Below are positions 62,601 to 64,000 of a stretch of DNA of 64,000 nucleotides, in pieces. Position numbers and translations under genes: made by a program. Location: contig CM102290.1 of assembly GCA_046563655.1 (NCBI GenBank), forward strand, positions 8,990,001 to 9,054,000, written 5' to 3'. The notes under the pieces were generated by a model, which was given only the letters and a program-made list of their open reading frames with translations, was not told the origin of the DNA and did no database searches. Every line of letters begins with the position of its first letter. The stretch's first letter is position 1. This DNA is from Yuukianura sp. NJ FZ-2021. Taxonomy: Eukaryota.

Positions 62601-62791
62601 CGGTGCGAACAAGGCATAAACCATAAAAATACCTTCACTCCTCTGGAAAAAAATAAATAAAGTAGCTTTGATTTCAGGTCTGGCTTAAATCTTCTACCCC
62701 AAAATGCAAAGATGCATTATAACTACGCTAATCTTCAGAAGGATTTAGGGAATACAGTCAAAGCCATCCATCACTACAAGGAAGCTCTGCG
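41602..62791 (+). CDS. TMTC1: Protein O-mannosyltransferase TMTC1-like (transmembrane + DUF1736 + TPR); 10 exons seen, 3' part lies outside the window
   Basis: Exons 41602 (or 41497)-41990, 50669-50846, 51264-51337, 58885-59034, 59250-59322, 59644-59747, 60074-60257, 60543-60664, 62103-62273, 62678-62791, all phase-compatible. Motifs: NSLHGDFVHDD, NDFWG..SHKSYRPLTILTFR, HPIHTEAVSGIVGRADVLA, AMLSKEHG, DNPASF, YDWQMGSIP, PASNLLFRVGFVVAERVLYIPS, RNEDW.SRESLF.SG, NAKMHYNYAN. The last three favour the TMTC1 paralogue. Confidence 0.92.
47131..47680 (-). mobile_element. Putative non-autonomous Helitron/Helentron-type element in TMTC1 intron 1
   Basis: On the minus strand it ends in CTAG|T (47134-47131), 12 nt after a GC-rich hairpin (+ strand GCCTGCCAGGGCTTCGCCCAGGC, 47147-47169). 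A CAGA/CGGA microsatellite (CAGACGGACGG...GACAGACGGACAGAC) lies at ~47604-47634. GGGCGAAG (47641-47648) is the inverted copy of CTTCGCCC (47158-47165). The 5' boundary is uncertain. Confidence 0.55.
47677..47960 (+). repeat. Tandem duplication of two diverged ~140 bp copies (47677-47814 and 47819-47960)
   Basis: Both copies read TAAGTTTAACTAAAA.TAATGTTCTT.AATTACCCTTGA...CAATAACTTGT.TTCACAAGA...GAAGAGACTGCGA.ATTCTAAG.ATTTGTTATCT.TCAGTTTTAAAA..TGCACTA, with small indels. Confidence 0.92.
48027..48715 (+). CDS. Nested gene in TMTC1 intron 1: predicted secreted Cys-rich protein (208 aa, 2 exons)
   Basis: Exons 48027-48194 and 48257-48715 are joined by a 62-nt phase-0 GT-AG intron. Hydrophobic N-terminus (LLFLVSSLFQISIS), 10 Cys, N-glycosylation sequons (NST, NDT, NYT), AATAAA ~25 nt after the stop. 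Confidence 0.75.
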
Positions 62792-64000
62792 GTAAGTTTT
62801 TACCAACTTCTTCAAAACTTACGAACGTTATTAATTTCTCAACCACCAACTTAAAATTATGATGCACAAAACAAAAAGCTTCCCAAGCCTAGAACGTCTT
62901 TCAGCCGCCATAATTTAAAATTCCCCAAGTATCGATTTCCCCGCACTCACTACTGTACACAAGAAGGAAGTTGATGGCCCTAAGTCTTGGCTTGTTGCTC
63001 CATTGCTCGTCGTCCTCTTTAGAAGTTCCTAAGGCCCTTGCTGTACTTGACACGGCTCTCGTCGTCTACCACGAATTCTTAACTCCGCATATAGCCAGGA
63101 GGAACAAAGTTTCTTTCACTTTTTAGTAAATTAGAAAAGATGAGAGGGAAGAAAGCGGGAGGAGGAGGAGGAAAAATTGGCAAAAGTTCTGACAAGGTAG
63201 TTAGAACAGAGCACACAGTTCCTGTTCCAGTATGTGGCCATATGTGTGGCCACGGAGAAAAGAGAAAGCAGAGGAACCAAAGTGTCAGTTGACTCTGGGA
63301 AGATGATGGAGAAAAAGGCTACCTCACTCCATTGTGAATCACTGCACGCAGAGGTTTTGGATTCCATGGATTCTTAGCACACCTCTTCTCCGTCCTTAGC
63401 CAACTCCACTGTCATTTGTATTCCATAAATGTACTTTTTGCATTTGCACACCTCCACCGTCTGCCAACGGAAGCAGATCCGTATCATCCTTCCTCACATC
63501 TTTCTCCGCAAAATCATCTTCATAAATAGAACACAGGGAACAGGACCCATAGCATCTCTAGCTAAAGTGGAGTTGCAGTGACGATTCAGAACAAGTCGCC
63601 AACTCAAACCAAACACACAAATATAAATTGCTTTCTCCACACTTTTTTCCAAAACCAAACAAAAGCCGGTTCATTTTGTAAATAAATTTACGGTTATCGC
63701 TAAACTAAACTTGCCAGGACTTGCCCAAATTTTGCAGAATTTGGAAAAATTTGGCACAATTTGGGTTGGGTTCACGGCGCCGGTATAGCTTCAAAAATTT
63801 GCCAACAAAAAATCGCAAGCTTCGCAAAACAATTATATTTTTCCATAACACATATAATTTCCATTTTAGAAAAAAAAATCAACACAGAGCAACTAACTTC
63901 TCTCCAACCTTTATACACAAAAGTTGCTAAAAACCGAAAACTAATACAAAAAAATTGAGTACTTTTGATGTTACCGAAATGATACACAGAAAACGAACTT

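Noticed and set aside
1..64000. tRNA, rRNA, CRISPR arrays, transposase or reverse-transcriptase ORFs, miRNA precursors
   Set aside because: None recognised by eye and the window is eukaryotic. A tRNAscan-SE or Infernal/Rfam run is needed to exclude small ncRNAs.

Overview
Eukaryotic, intron-containing genomic DNA, most likely from an arthropod (small GT-AG introns of about 55-110 nt; the species cannot be fixed from sequence alone). The first ~27 kb is gene-dense. It holds the first coding exon of a probable PTP-PEST-type tyrosine phosphatase (-), CPT2 (+), MFAP1 (-), three related uncharacterised secretory-pathway genes (+), a very basic protein with a degenerate EF-hand pair (+), MRPS35 (-), a rhodanese-domain MAP-kinase phosphatase of the DUSP8/16/vhp-1 type (-) and an intronless, divergent PIG-C (-). 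From ~27 kb on the DNA is gene-poor and carries a TMTC1-like O-mannosyltransferase (+, 10 exons seen, continuing beyond the window) with 8.7 kb and 7.5 kb introns. TMTC1 intron 1 contains a same-strand nested gene for a Cys-rich secreted protein, a ~140 bp tandem duplication and a Helitron-like non-autonomous element. Most notable: (1) a pair of duplicated exons in the 11.6-13.9 kb gene whose splice phases make them mutually exclusive, swapping the hydrophobic segment; (2) the three-member family that gene belongs to; (3) a site in the DUSP 3' UTR matching both the seed and the 3' end of miR-277 (miRNA sequence recalled from memory); (4) the nested gene next to the Helitron-like element. All exon models were spliced by hand from GT-AG sites and reading-frame continuity. 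No database search was run.
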